The notes under the pieces were generated by a model, which searched no databases, was not told where the DNA came from, and saw only the letters and a list, made by a program, of their open reading frames with translations. A stretch of 63,951 nt of DNA, filler included, from Acidimicrobiia bacterium (GTDB taxonomy: Bacteria; Actinomycetota; Acidimicrobiia; Spongiisociales; CAZKJJ01): NCBI GenBank assembly GCA_046759765.1. It is 6 parts of 6 records of this genome, joined end to end, with 100 filler letters (N's around TTAATTAATTAA, not from the genome) between each part and the next. Parts side by side here need not be neighbours in the genome. Positions count along the whole stretch, not along the records: positions 1 to 11,986 come from JBHICV010000065.1; 5 more parts are not named here. One strand, 5' to 3'. A program made the translations under genes and the position numbers. Shown piece by piece: positions 1 through 9,913 of the stretch; position 1 is the stretch's first letter; each line of letters opens with the position of its first letter.

Positions 1-66
1 ACGGCGAACTGCTTCTGCACCTGCCGAGGCTAAGCCCCAGGACCTCGCTCCGCTCGGCCCCTCGTC

Positions 67-125
67 CCCTCCCCCTGCTTCGCAGTTTCCCCCTCCCACT
101 TCGTGGGAGGGGGTTAGGGGGAGGG
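67..125. repeat. REP-like nested palindromic element
   Basis: CCCCCTCCCAC-TTC-GTGGGAGGGGG hairpin (89-113) nested within CCCTCCCCCT/AGGGGGAGGG outer arms. Confidence 0.6.
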
Positions 126-168
126 TCTGGCTTGGCTGTTACGGTACGAGCCGAGCGCGGAGGACGGA

Positions 169-1326
169 GTGGAGATCGATATCGGCATCGGCAAGTCGGG
201 GAGGCGTGCCTACGGGCTCGATGACATCGCGATCGTTCCGAGCCGGCGGACACGGGACCCTGCAGACATCGACCTGACTTGGCAACTCGATGCTTTCGAC
301 TTCGAGTTGCCGTTGATGTCGGCGGCGATGGACTCAGCGATCTCGCCCGGGACGGCAGTCGAGATAGGACGCCTCGGGGGGTTGGCAGTCCTGAACCTCG
401 AGGGCCTATGGACACGCTATGAGGATCCGGAGCCCGCGTACATGGAGATCGCCGAGCTTTCGGCGGAGAAGGCCACGCGCCGCATGCAGGAGATCTATCT
501 CGAGCCAATCCGTCCCGAGCTCATCGGGCAGCGAATCTCAGAGATCAAAGAAGGGGGGTTGGTCACCGCAGCCAGTCTCACTCCGCCTCGGGTTGAGTCC
601 TACGCCGAGCTCACGGTCGAGGCCGGCCTCGACATTCTCGTTATCCAGGGAACGGTGGTCTCGGCCGAGCACGTCTCGAGCCGAAGCGAACCCCTCAACC
701 TCAAGCAGTTCATCTCCGAGTTCGAGCTCCCCGTCATTGTGGGAGGCTGTGCCTCCTACTCGACGGCACTGCACCTCATGAGGACGGGAGCAGTCGGGGT
801 GCTCGTAGGGGTAGGTCCGGGCGCCGCATGTACGACCCGCGGGGTACTGGGAATAGGCGTGCCTCAGGCTACGGCGATCGCCGACGCCTCCGGAGCTCGG
901 ATCAGATACCTGGACGAGACCGGCCGATACGTCCATGTGATCGCAGACGGGGGCATGCGCACCGGAGGCGACATTGCCAAGGCCATCGCCTGCGGAGCCG
1001 ACGCGGTAATGATCGGTTCGCCTCTTGCAGCCGCGGAGGAGGCTCCGGGCCGCGGGAAGCATTGGGGAATGGCCACCTTCCATCCTGAGTTGCCTCGCGG
1101 CGCGCGAGTTGATGTGGGGACACTGGGCACCCTGCGCGAGATACTTACCGGCCCGGCGCATGAGAACGACGGCCGCCGCAATCTGTTCGGTGCGCTTCGG
1201 GTGTCCATGGCGACCACGGGCTATGAAGATGTCAAGGAGTTCCAGAAAGCCGAGATCATGGTCGCTCCGGCGTTAAAAACCGAAGGCAAGGAGCTCCAGC
1301 GCTCCCAGAGAGTCGGCATGGGCTGA
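169..1326 (+). CDS. guaB3: GuaB3-family IMP dehydrogenase-related protein
   Basis: [19 protein letters not shown]-terminus, GPGAACTTR catalytic Cys loop, IADGG motif, no CBS pair; directly upstream of guaA. Confidence 0.9.
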   Translation: MEIDIGIGKSGRRAYGLDDIAIVPSRRTRDPADIDLTWQLDAFDFELPLMSAAMDSAISPGTAVEIGRLGGLAVLNLEGLWTRYEDPEPAYMEIAELSAEKATRRMQEIYLEPIRPELIGQRISEIKEGGLVTAASLTPPRVESYAELTVEAGLDILVIQGTVVSAEHVSSRSEPLNLKQFISEFELPVIVGGCASYSTALHLMRTGAVGVLVGVGPGAACTTRGVLGIGVPQATAIADASGARIRYLDETGRYVHVIADGGMRTGGDIAKAIACGADAVMIGSPLAAAEEAPGRGKHWGMATFHPELPRGARVDVGTLGTLREILTGPAHENDGRRNLFGALRVSMATTGYEDVKEFQKAEIMVAPALKTEGKELQRSQRVGMG

Positions 1327-1335
1327 CCCCGGCGG

Positions 1336-2874
1336 ATGGCTGACGGCTCGCTGGACACCGTTCTGGTCGTAGACCTCGGAGCGCAGTACGCCCAGCTGAT
1401 CGCACGCCGTGTGAGGGAAGCACAGGTCTATTCGGAGATCGTCCCCCGCGACATCACAGCCGCCGAGGTTCGGAGCCGCGACCCGGCCGGTGTGATCCTG
1501 TCCGGCGGTCCAGCCTCCGTCTACGCCGAGGATGCATACCGGATCGACCCGGATTTGTTCTCGGCTGAGATCCCGATGCTCGGGATTTGCTACGGGCACC
1601 AGCTCATGGCCGATGAGTTGGGCGGAGAGGTCGCCCAGACGGGAGCCAGGGAATACGGACGCACGCCTTTAAGCGTCACCGCTCCCTCCACCCTGTTCGG
1701 ACAGCTCCCAAACACTCAGGACGTGTGGATGAGCCATGGAGACGCGGTCGTTCGCCCACCTTCTGATTTCGCTGTCGTGGCCGAGACGGCCGGTTCCAAG
1801 GTGGCGGCCATGGAGAATGCAGCCCACAGACTGTACGGAGTCCAGTTTCACCCCGAAGTGGCTCATACGCCGCATGGCCAGGACGTCCTTAGGCACTTTC
1901 TCTATGACGTCTGTGGAGCCAAACCCACCTGGACCCACGTTGGGATTATCTCCCAGGCGGTCGACAGGATCAGCGCAGTCGTCGGATCCGAGTCAGTCAT
2001 CTGCGGCCTGTCGGGCGGAGTCGACTCCGCCGTCGCGGCCGCGCTCGTGCACCGGGCGGTTCCGGATCAGCTCACTTGTATCTTCGTTGACCATGGGCTC
2101 CTGCGAGACGGTGAGGCCGATCAAGTAGTCGAGACCTTTCGCAAGACGTTCGAGATCGACCTGATTCACGTCAACGCCGCCGACCGCTTCCTGGCGGGAC
2201 TACAGGGTGTGTCTGAGCCGGAGAAGAAACGCCGCGTCATCGGCGAGACCTTCATCCGTGTTTTCGAGGAAGTCGCTTCGGGCATCGACGCTCGGTTCCT
2301 CGTTCAAGGAACGCTGTATCCGGATGTGATCGAATCGGGGACACGAGATGCGGCCAGGATCAAGAGCCACCACAACGTCGGTGGGCTGCCGGAGGTCATG
2401 GCTTTCGAGCTGGTCGAGCCGCTGCGCGGACTCTTCAAAGACGAGGTGAGGGCGGTCGGTGAGGAGCTGGGACTTCCGGAGGAAATCGTCTGGCGGCAGC
2501 CGTTTCCTGGCCCGGGCCTGGCGGTGCGCGTTATCGGTGAGGTAACCCCGGAACGGCTGGCGACGCTGAGAGCAGCCGACGCGATCGTTACGGAGGAGAT
2601 CCGCCGGGCAGGTCTCTACCGCCGGATGTGGCAGTCCTTCGCGGTGCTGCCTGCCGTCAGAACGGTGGGGGTACAAGGCGACGAACGGACCTACGCACAT
2701 CCTCTCGTCATCAGGGCGGTCGAGAGCGAGGATGCCATGACCGCCGACTGGGCCCGTCTTCCGTACGAGGTGTTGGAGCGGATCTCGTCCAGGGTCATGA
2801 ACGAGGTGCCGGGCATCAATCGGGTCGCCTACGACATCTCGTCCAAGCCTCCGGCAACCATCGAGTGGGAGTGA
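1336..2874 (+). CDS. guaA: GMP synthase (glutamine-hydrolysing)
   Basis: GICYGHQ and QFHPEV glutaminase motifs, SGGVDS PP-loop, [12 protein letters not shown]-terminal KPPATIEWE. Confidence 0.98.
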   Translation: MADGSLDTVLVVDLGAQYAQLIARRVREAQVYSEIVPRDITAAEVRSRDPAGVILSGGPASVYAEDAYRIDPDLFSAEIPMLGICYGHQLMADELGGEVAQTGAREYGRTPLSVTAPSTLFGQLPNTQDVWMSHGDAVVRPPSDFAVVAETAGSKVAAMENAAHRLYGVQFHPEVAHTPHGQDVLRHFLYDVCGAKPTWTHVGIISQAVDRISAVVGSESVICGLSGGVDSAVAAALVHRAVPDQLTCIFVDHGLLRDGEADQVVETFRKTFEIDLIHVNAADRFLAGLQGVSEPEKKRRVIGETFIRVFEEVASGIDARFLVQGTLYPDVIESGTRDAARIKSHHNVGGLPEVMAFELVEPLRGLFKDEVRAVGEELGLPEEIVWRQPFPGPGLAVRVIGEVTPERLATLRAADAIVTEEIRRAGLYRRMWQSFAVLPAVRTVGVQGDERTYAHPLVIRAVESEDAMTADWARLPYEVLERISSRVMNEVPGINRVAYDISSKPPATIEWE

Positions 2875-2904
2875 TCTGCCTCAAGTGCGTTTTCTCCGAG
2901 GACG

Positions 2905-5049
2905 ATGTTCCTCTGGAAGCTTCGCGCCGAGGTGCCGCAGTTGGATCCTGCCCACTCCGATGACTATCTATACGATCCCGAGCTCCGGAATATCTTCCAG
3001 GAGGAGCTCTCTGAGCGCGCTTCTCACCTACTAGAAGGAGCCGCCCGGCTCGGGGACGGAGAGATCGATTCGGCCGAGCTCGAGACCCTGGCCCGAGATG
3101 CGCACACCATCAAGGGCAACGCGGGAGTGATGGGCTTCTCCGATATCGCAGAGCTGGCGCTGGCCCTCGAGCACGCCTGGCGGGGTCTCGAGAACGGGTC
3201 TCTTCATGCCTCCGATGAACTGGCCGGCTACCTGCTGGAGGCGTCGGAGCTACTGCCCACGCTCACGGAGCCAACGACCATTTCCGCCGCCAGGGCCCGT
3301 GCGCTGGCGGGAAAGCTCGGGGAAGAGGAGATCAGGGCGCCCGCGGCGGCTCCAGTGGATCCCTCGCCCGGTCCACCGCCGCCGCCTCAACCTGACGTCA
3401 CGTCATCGAGTGCGGCTAACCCGGCTCAGGCGATCAACACGCCGCCTCTGTCACCTGGCGCGGCAGATGAGCCCGATGATCTCGGTGGTCTGTTGTCATC
3501 AATCGAGCAGCAGATAATCGGAGCCAACACTCGCGTCGACACTGCCAAGCTCTACCGGCTGATCAACTCGATCGCCGAGGCCAGACTCGATGCGGGAGCG
3601 CTGGCGGCGTCCGGTGAAGGCGCCTCTTCTGAGCAAGTCGGCGCTCTCAGTGGAAACATGGAGGCTCTTCAGGGTCGAGCGCTGGAGCTCGCGTCGGTAT
3701 CCCTCCGCGATGTGACGGACACCTTTCCACAGCTGGTCCGCTATCTCTGTCGGCGAACCGGCAAAGAAGCCCGATTCGAGTTCGACGCCGCTGATGCGCA
3801 CGTAGATCGGCAGATAGCAGACCACCTCCGGGAACCCTTGCGGCATCTGGTCGTCAACGCGGTGGATCACGGGATCGAAGCGCCCGACGAGCGAACCGCG
3901 AAAGGCAAACCTGCGTCCGGGTCGCTTGCGATACGCGCAACCACTGCGGACGGGCGCCTGCAGATCACCGTCGAGGACGACGGCAGGGGAATCGACTGGG
4001 ACCGCGTCGCCGAAGCTGCCAGGGCCGACGGCCTGATCGACGGCGAGCCCTCTCCCGGGGAGCTGTCCAGGCTGCTGTTCCGCAGGGATTTCACGACCCT
4101 CGACGAGCCCACGGACCTCAGCGGCGACGGCGAGGGCCTCTTCGCGGTTGCCGAGCTGACGGAACAGCTGAACGGGGCGCTCACCATCGAATCCGTGCCC
4201 GGACAGGGGACCGCGGTTGTCGTGACCCTGCCTTCCTCGTGGTCGCTCCAGGATGTGGTGCTCGTCAGGGCCGAGGGCAAGGTCTGGGGTATTTCCGCCG
4301 CGGCTGTTCTGGCGACCTTCCCGCTCGCCGCCGCCGATGTGCGCCCCGGCGAGGACCGTATGGAGCTGACCTATCAGGGCCACGAGCAGATCCCCATCTC
4401 CTCTTTTGCGGCGGCGGTTGGGCTGCCCGAAGTCGAGCCGGTGGAGGAAGTCGTTGTGCTCGTCACCAGGGGCGGGAGGATCGCGGTGACGGTTCCCGAG
4501 ATCGTCGGTCGGCGTCAGGTGGCGGTAAAGGGCCTGGGTCCGCTGCTCAAGGGAACACCGCTGCTCGTCGGTGCCGCCTTCCTCGGCGGAGGAGAGGTTG
4601 TCGTAATTGTCGAACCCAACCGGCTCGGCGAGCGGGTGAGAACCGTCCCGTCGCCGGTTACGTCACGCGCACGCGTACTCGTTGTGGACGACTCGATGGG
4701 AGTCCGCCAGCTGGTTTCGGCTGCGCTGACCAGCCACGGCTTTGAGGCTCTGGTAGCAGCCGACGCCGCCGAGGCCTTGGCTCATCTGGCGTCGGAATCG
4801 TTCGATGCGCTTGTGGTGGATTACGCGATGCCCGGTGAGACAGGGGTGGATCTGATTCGCACGATTCGCGAACGGACAATCTCGATTCCCATCGTGATGG
4901 TCTCCGCAGTTGCCTCGGCGGATGACCAGGCAGCAGCGTGGGAAGCGGGCGTCGACGCCTATCTCGACAAATTCGATCTTCGCACCGGCGTGCTGGCATC
5001 GACTCTGAACTCCCTCGTACAGCTGCGTTCGCCCAGGGGAGAATCATGA
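2905..5049 (+). CDS. CheA-like hybrid chemosensory kinase (Hpt-dimerisation-HATPase-CheW-REC)
   Basis: Hpt AHTIKGNAGVMG, Pro-rich linker, TRVDTAKLYRLIN, N-box HLVVNAVDHGIE, G1 EDDGRGID, CheW-like region, C-terminal REC (VLVVDDS...VVDYAMPG...YLDK); start codon uncertain. Confidence 0.9.
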   Translation: MFLWKLRAEVPQLDPAHSDDYLYDPELRNIFQEELSERASHLLEGAARLGDGEIDSAELETLARDAHTIKGNAGVMGFSDIAELALALEHAWRGLENGSLHASDELAGYLLEASELLPTLTEPTTISAARARALAGKLGEEEIRAPAAAPVDPSPGPPPPPQPDVTSSSAANPAQAINTPPLSPGAADEPDDLGGLLSSIEQQIIGANTRVDTAKLYRLINSIAEARLDAGALAASGEGASSEQVGALSGNMEALQGRALELASVSLRDVTDTFPQLVRYLCRRTGKEARFEFDAADAHVDRQIADHLREPLRHLVVNAVDHGIEAPDERTAKGKPASGSLAIRATTADGRLQITVEDDGRGIDWDRVAEAARADGLIDGEPSPGELSRLLFRRDFTTLDEPTDLSGDGEGLFAVAELTEQLNGALTIESVPGQGTAVVVTLPSSWSLQDVVLVRAEGKVWGISAAAVLATFPLAAADVRPGEDRMELTYQGHEQIPISSFAAAVGLPEVEPVEEVVVLVTRGGRIAVTVPEIVGRRQVAVKGLGPLLKGTPLLVGAAFLGGGEVVVIVEPNRLGERVRTVPSPVTSRARVLVVDDSMGVRQLVSAALTSHGFEALVAADAAEALAHLASESFDALVVDYAMPGETGVDLIRTIRERTISIPIVMVSAVASADDQAAAWEAGVDAYLDKFDLRTGVLASTLNSLVQLRSPRGES

Positions 5050-6041
5050 GGGTTCTCGTCGCAGACGACAGCTCCGTCATAAGAGCCACGGTCACCGCAC
5101 TTCTTACCGGTGCCGGACTCGAGGTGGTGACTGCCGAGGACGGGCTCGACGCCCTTCAGGTCTTTTACGCCGAGGGGCCCGACCTGGTGCTCATGGACCT
5201 CAAGATGCCGCGAATGAATGGATACGTGGCGTGCAGAGTGATCAAAGAGGACCTGCAGATGGGCCATGTCCCCGTGCTGATCCTGACTGCACACGACAGC
5301 GCCGAAGACCGGTACTGGGCCGAGAAGTCGGGAGCCGACGCCTATCTCACGAAAGAGAATCTGGGCGAGGAGCTGCTCGGTGCCGTCCGGTCCGCGGAAG
5401 CCACCCAGGCACTCTCCGAGCTCTCCCGGGGCGACGAGGCACAGGAGCTGGATCAGGTCGATGTCCTGGCGCGGGTCTGTGAGATCCTCGATCGCAAGCT
5501 CTTCGAGGCCACGATGGTCAATGAGATCGTGACGATGGCTACCCGCGCCATGGATCTCCGTAGCACCCTCGACGAGTCTCTGGCGCGCATCGCCCGGTTC
5601 GTTCACTACCAGCTCGCCGGTATCACACTCGTCCGGCAACGAGTCCTCGCGGTGCGCCTGACCGCACCGTGTAGCCAAGCGGACTTCGACCACTTCAGGT
5701 CGTTGACCGCCGGGCACACTCAGCAGCTCGCCAACGTATCGTTTAGCGCGGACGAGCTTACGATTTGGAACTCAGATCCCTCGCAGCTCAGAGACAGCGA
5801 GTCCTCCGATGACGGCTGGCCGTCCTTCTTCGCCATGCCCCTTCGCTCGCGAGGGGCCGTACTTGCACTTTTGACGCTCGCGGATCGGAAGCCCGGTGCC
5901 TACGCGCCGCAAGATGTCCGAAATCTCAGGATGATCGAGCACACGTTTGCCGCCGTTATCGACACGGCTCTCCATCACCAGGAAATGCTGGAGCAAGAGG
6001 CGCGTCTGAGCCTCTCCTCGCTGTACGAACGGGAAGCCTGA
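5046..6041 (+). CDS. Response regulator, REC plus GAF-like domain, no output domain
   Basis: ATG overlaps cheA stop (ATGA); RVLVADDS...LMDLKMPRMNG...LILTA...YLTK; C-terminal GAF-like SFFAMPLRSRGAVLALLTLAD. Confidence 0.82.
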   Translation: MRVLVADDSSVIRATVTALLTGAGLEVVTAEDGLDALQVFYAEGPDLVLMDLKMPRMNGYVACRVIKEDLQMGHVPVLILTAHDSAEDRYWAEKSGADAYLTKENLGEELLGAVRSAEATQALSELSRGDEAQELDQVDVLARVCEILDRKLFEATMVNEIVTMATRAMDLRSTLDESLARIARFVHYQLAGITLVRQRVLAVRLTAPCSQADFDHFRSLTAGHTQQLANVSFSADELTIWNSDPSQLRDSESSDDGWPSFFAMPLRSRGAVLALLTLADRKPGAYAPQDVRNLRMIEHTFAAVIDTALHHQEMLEQEARLSLSSLYEREA

Positions 6042-6046
6042 GAGGA

Positions 6047-6127
6047 ACCCCCTCCGGCCCTTCGGGCGGTCCCCTCCCCGCAGGGCTGCGCCCTGGGTTA
6101 GGCGGAGGGCAGATCTCGCCTAGCCCC
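6047..6127. repeat. Degenerate REP-like multi-hairpin element
   Basis: GCCC-TTC-GGGC, CAGGGC-TGC-GCCCTG and GGGTTAGGCG...CGCCTAGCCC stems; CCCCTCCCC and GGGTTAGG motifs shared with the 67-125 element. Confidence 0.45.
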
Positions 6128-6179
6128 TAACTCAAGTGGACTGTTCGCGACGCCGATTATCTGTGAAGCCACTGGTCAA

Positions 6180-7049
6180 ATGGAAGGCGTTCTCATCTTC
6201 ATGGCCGTCGGCCTGGCGGTAGCCGCACTGGGGGCGATTCTCCTCGCGGCTAGAGCCGTGCGGGCTGGCGAGCAGCGGGAAGCAGCGGCGGTCGAGGAAG
6301 CCGAACGGGCGCAGCAGATCAAGACCGAGTTCGTGGCCATGGTCAGTCACGAACTACGAACTCCGCTCACTGCGATCGCCGGTTTCACCGAGACACTCCA
6401 GCAAGGCTGGAAGGATCTCTCGGTCTCCGAGATCGAGGAATTCCTCGAGATCATCGCGGAGGAATCGAAGCACCTCTCCGAGCTCGTGGAGGACGTGTTG
6501 GTGATGCCTCGGTTGGAGGCAGGACGGCTTCCGCTCAACTACGAGACCTTCGAGCTGGCCGCGGTTGCCCATCAGGTCACGGACATGATGTTCTCGGTGG
6601 GTTCGCCTCGAGAAGCAAGCGTTGCGATCCCGTCCGGGATGACCGTCTACGCCGATCGGCGCCGGACTATGCAGATCCTGCGGAACCTCGTCGAGAACGC
6701 CGGCAAGTACGGGGGCGACCAGATTCTGGTTGAAGCCATCTGGACGGGCACGGAGACGCTCGTCACGGTCGCCGACAACGGCCCGGGTGTGCCGCCGGAG
6801 GAGGCGGAGACGATCTTCGAGAGGTTCGAGCAGCTTTCGAAGGGCGACAACCGCACGGCTTCCGGTGTCGGCCTGGGCCTGCCGATCGCGAGACGCCTGG
6901 CCATTGCGATGGGCGGCGACGTCTGGTACGAGTCTCGGTTCCCAACGGGGAGCCGGTTCTGCTTCACGCTCCCGGCTCGCCAGGAGCCCGATGCCGATAC
7001 CGGAAGGGAACAGCCGACGGTTCCCTTAGTGCAGAACCGTAGAACCTAG
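6180..7049 (+). CDS. Single-TM sensor histidine kinase (HisKA-HATPase)
   Basis: N-terminal hydrophobic helix; H-box VSHELRTPL, N-box NLVENAGKY, DNGPG, GVGLGL. Confidence 0.92.
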   Translation: MEGVLIFMAVGLAVAALGAILLAARAVRAGEQREAAAVEEAERAQQIKTEFVAMVSHELRTPLTAIAGFTETLQQGWKDLSVSEIEEFLEIIAEESKHLSELVEDVLVMPRLEAGRLPLNYETFELAAVAHQVTDMMFSVGSPREASVAIPSGMTVYADRRRTMQILRNLVENAGKYGGDQILVEAIWTGTETLVTVADNGPGVPPEEAETIFERFEQLSKGDNRTASGVGLGLPIARRLAIAMGGDVWYESRFPTGSRFCFTLPARQEPDADTGREQPTVPLVQNRRT

Positions 7050-7079
7050 AACCTGAGGAGCCGTCGGTACCATCCGGCT

Positions 7080-9275
7080 ATGGATACGGCCGATGCGGAG
7101 CTGATGGACTCGCCTCTCTTCGAGGCGCTGAACCCGCGCCAACGGGAAGCGGTGGCGGCAACGGAGGGCCCGGTCCTAGTAGTCGCCGGCGCCGGTTCGG
7201 GCAAGACCCGGGTGCTAACCCACAAGGTCGCTTATCTCATTCGGGAGCTCGGGGTCTCACCTCACTCCGTCCTCGCGATCACGTTCACGAACAAGGCTGC
7301 CGACGAGATGCGACAGCGCGTAACTCAGCTCGTAGGAAGGGTCGTCGACCAGATGTGGGTCTCGACGTTTCACTCCGCCTGTGTCCGGATTCTTCGGCGG
7401 GAGGCACCTCGCCTCGGCTACCGCTCGTCGTTTTCTATCTACGACGAGGCCGACTCGCTCCGGTTGGTCACGCTTTGCATCAGAGACCTGGATCTCGACC
7501 CCAAGCGGTTCCCACCCCGCAACCTCAAGGCCGCGATCAGCGCAGCCAAGAACGAGCTGATCGATTTCGAGGCATATCGGGGCCACGGTGAAGGCTTCTA
7601 CTACGAGCAGGTCTCAGACGTCTATCGCCTGTATCAGCAGCGGCTCGTGGCCAGCTCGGCGATGGATTTCGATGACTTGCTCATGGTGACCGTCGAGCTG
7701 CTGGACGCGTTTCCGCCGGTGCTGCGCTCCTACCAGGACCGGTTTCAGTACGTGCTCGTGGATGAGTACCAGGACACCAACCACGCCCAGTATCGCTTTG
7801 TCTCCCAGATCTCGGGCCTGTACCGAAACGTATGTGTGGTCGGTGACTCCGACCAGAGCATCTATGCCTTTCGAGGCGCGGACATCAGGAACATCCTCGA
7901 GTTCGAGCAGGACTTTCCTGACGCCCGGGTCGTAACGCTCGATCAGAACTATCGATCGACGGAGACGATCCTCGAAGCCGCCAACGCAGTGATCTCGAAC
8001 AATCCCGATCGCAAGCCCAAGCATCTCTGGAGCGAACTGGGCAAAGGAGTGCCCATCGTCCGCTTCGAGGCCCAGGACGAGGACGACGAGGTCGGCTTCG
8101 TCTCCGAGGAGATCCGGGCTCTGACCGACGACGGCCACCGGCTCTCTGACGTGGCAGTTTTCTATCGCACGAATGCCCAGAGCCGGGTCTTCGAAGAAGC
8201 CTTTGTCCGACACGGCGTCCCGTATCAGGTCGTAGGAGGCACCAAGTTCTATGAGCGGAGGGAGATCCGCGACGTGCTCGCCTATCTCCGGGCGTTAGTC
8301 AACCCGGAGGACGAGGTCGCCTTCAAGCGGATTATCAACGTGCCCAAGCGCGGAATCGGTTCCACTACGTTGGGCCACCTCGATCGTTTCGCTCAGGGCG
8401 AAGGAATTCACTTTTCCGAAGCGTTGCTACGGGTAGATGACATCCCCGCCCTGACCGCGAGGGCAGTCCGTCAGATCCTGGAATTCAATGCGATCTTGGA
8501 TGAGCTCCGGAACAAGGCCGAGGCCGGCCCCAGCGCGGCGGTCAAGGGCGTTCTCAAGGACACCGGCTACGAGGCAGAGCTGGAGGCTGAGAAGACCATC
8601 GAGGCTCTGGGAAGGGTGGAGAACCTTCAAGAGCTGGCGACCGTTGCTTCGCAGTTCACCGAAGAGCAGGAAGACACCATCATCGACGATGAGCCCTGGG
8701 AGCAGCTGCCGGGCCTGCGGCGCCTCGAGCTGTTCCTGGAGTCGGTGAGCCTCGTGACCGAGATCGACGAGATGGATGAAGAAGCCGACGCGGTAACGCT
8801 CATGACTATCCACAACGCCAAAGGGCTCGAGTTTCCGATCATCTTCCTGGTCGGGCTCGAGGACGGGGTCTTTCCTCATATGAGATCGCTCGGCGATCCT
8901 CAGCAGCTGGAGGAAGAGCGGCGGCTCTGCTACGTGGGCCTGACCCGAGCACAGCAGCGCCTCTTCTTGTCGCACGCCTGGAGCCGGACACTGTTCGGCG
9001 GGACCAACTTCAACGCGCCCAGCAGATTCTTGGGAGAGATACCCGAGCACACCTATGAGACCGCCAAGCGGAAGAAGCGCCTGCCCGCGGTTACCGATGA
9101 TCTGAAGCCCGTCTCGGATCTCCGTACCGGGGATCAAGTGCGGCACGACAAGTGGGGGATAGGGATCGTAAGGGAGATCAATGGCGGCGGTGACCGAGCA
9201 GAGGCGGTGGTTGAATTCGAGCACGCCGGCACCAAGCGTCTGCTGTTGGCATGGGCGCCTTTGGAGAAACTATGA
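7080..9275 (+). CDS. pcrA: ATP-dependent DNA helicase PcrA/UvrD1
   Basis: AGAGSGKT, VDEYQDTN, QNYRST, TIHNAKGLEF, EERRLCYVGLTRA, C-terminal Tudor-like VRHDKWGIG. Confidence 0.96.
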   Translation: MDTADAELMDSPLFEALNPRQREAVAATEGPVLVVAGAGSGKTRVLTHKVAYLIRELGVSPHSVLAITFTNKAADEMRQRVTQLVGRVVDQMWVSTFHSACVRILRREAPRLGYRSSFSIYDEADSLRLVTLCIRDLDLDPKRFPPRNLKAAISAAKNELIDFEAYRGHGEGFYYEQVSDVYRLYQQRLVASSAMDFDDLLMVTVELLDAFPPVLRSYQDRFQYVLVDEYQDTNHAQYRFVSQISGLYRNVCVVGDSDQSIYAFRGADIRNILEFEQDFPDARVVTLDQNYRSTETILEAANAVISNNPDRKPKHLWSELGKGVPIVRFEAQDEDDEVGFVSEEIRALTDDGHRLSDVAVFYRTNAQSRVFEEAFVRHGVPYQVVGGTKFYERREIRDVLAYLRALVNPEDEVAFKRIINVPKRGIGSTTLGHLDRFAQGEGIHFSEALLRVDDIPALTARAVRQILEFNAILDELRNKAEAGPSAAVKGVLKDTGYEAELEAEKTIEALGRVENLQELATVASQFTEEQEDTIIDDEPWEQLPGLRRLELFLESVSLVTEIDEMDEEADAVTLMTIHNAKGLEFPIIFLVGLEDGVFPHMRSLGDPQQLEEERRLCYVGLTRAQQRLFLSHAWSRTLFGGTNFNAPSRFLGEIPEHTYETAKRKKRLPAVTDDLKPVSDLRTGDQVRHDKWGIGIVREINGGGDRAEAVVEFEHAGTKRLLLAWAPLEKL

Positions 9276-9913
9276 GCGTTTCCTTCCTCGACGCGGTGAT
9301 ACGGCTAGCGGCCGCGGCGCTCCTCTCCGGCGTGATCGGCTTCGAGCGCGAGTTTCAAAAGAAGCCGGCCGGTCTACGCACTCACATGCTGGTAGGCATG
9401 GGTTCGGCCCTTTTCGCAATTGTCTCACTCAGCTCGTTTGAGGCGCTGGACCCGTCCCGCATCGCAGCTGGAGTAGTGACGGGGGTCGGGTTTCTGGGCG
9501 CAGGGGCCATCTTCCGCGAAGGCCAGTTCGTGAGGGGGCTCACCACCGCCGCAGGACTCTGGGTTGTGGCCGGCATAGGGCTGGCGGCGGGAGCCGGCGA
9601 CATCGGATTGGCGGCGGTAGCGAGCGGAGTTGCGCTGACCGTCCTCCTGGTGTTGGGGGCCCTGGAGAGCTATCTGGGCAAGAAGAAGGGTGACGTGGTT
9701 CAGATGCAGGTCCTCATTGCGGACGAAATCGCGATCGGCAAGGTCATGAAGCTGGCCGAGCGCCACGACCCTGAGCTCGGAGAAGTCTCGTTTGAGACTT
9801 CGGACGACGAACGGGTCGGAACCCTGGTGCTACACGTGTCACGAAATCGGGCCGAAGTCGTGGCGGCGATGCTGGCGGCCGTGGACGGGGTCTCGGGCGT
9901 CGAGGTCGGTTAG
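9272..9913 (+). CDS. MgtC/SapB family membrane protein with C-terminal ACT-like domain
   Basis: IGFERE...PAGLRTHMLV, DPSRIAAGVVTGVGFLGAG, GLTTAAGLW; ATG overlaps pcrA stop. Confidence 0.9.
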   Translation: MSVSFLDAVIRLAAAALLSGVIGFEREFQKKPAGLRTHMLVGMGSALFAIVSLSSFEALDPSRIAAGVVTGVGFLGAGAIFREGQFVRGLTTAAGLWVVAGIGLAAGAGDIGLAAVASGVALTVLLVLGALESYLGKKKGDVVQMQVLIADEIAIGKVMKLAERHDPELGEVSFETSDDERVGTLVLHVSRNRAEVVAAMLAAVDGVSGVEVG

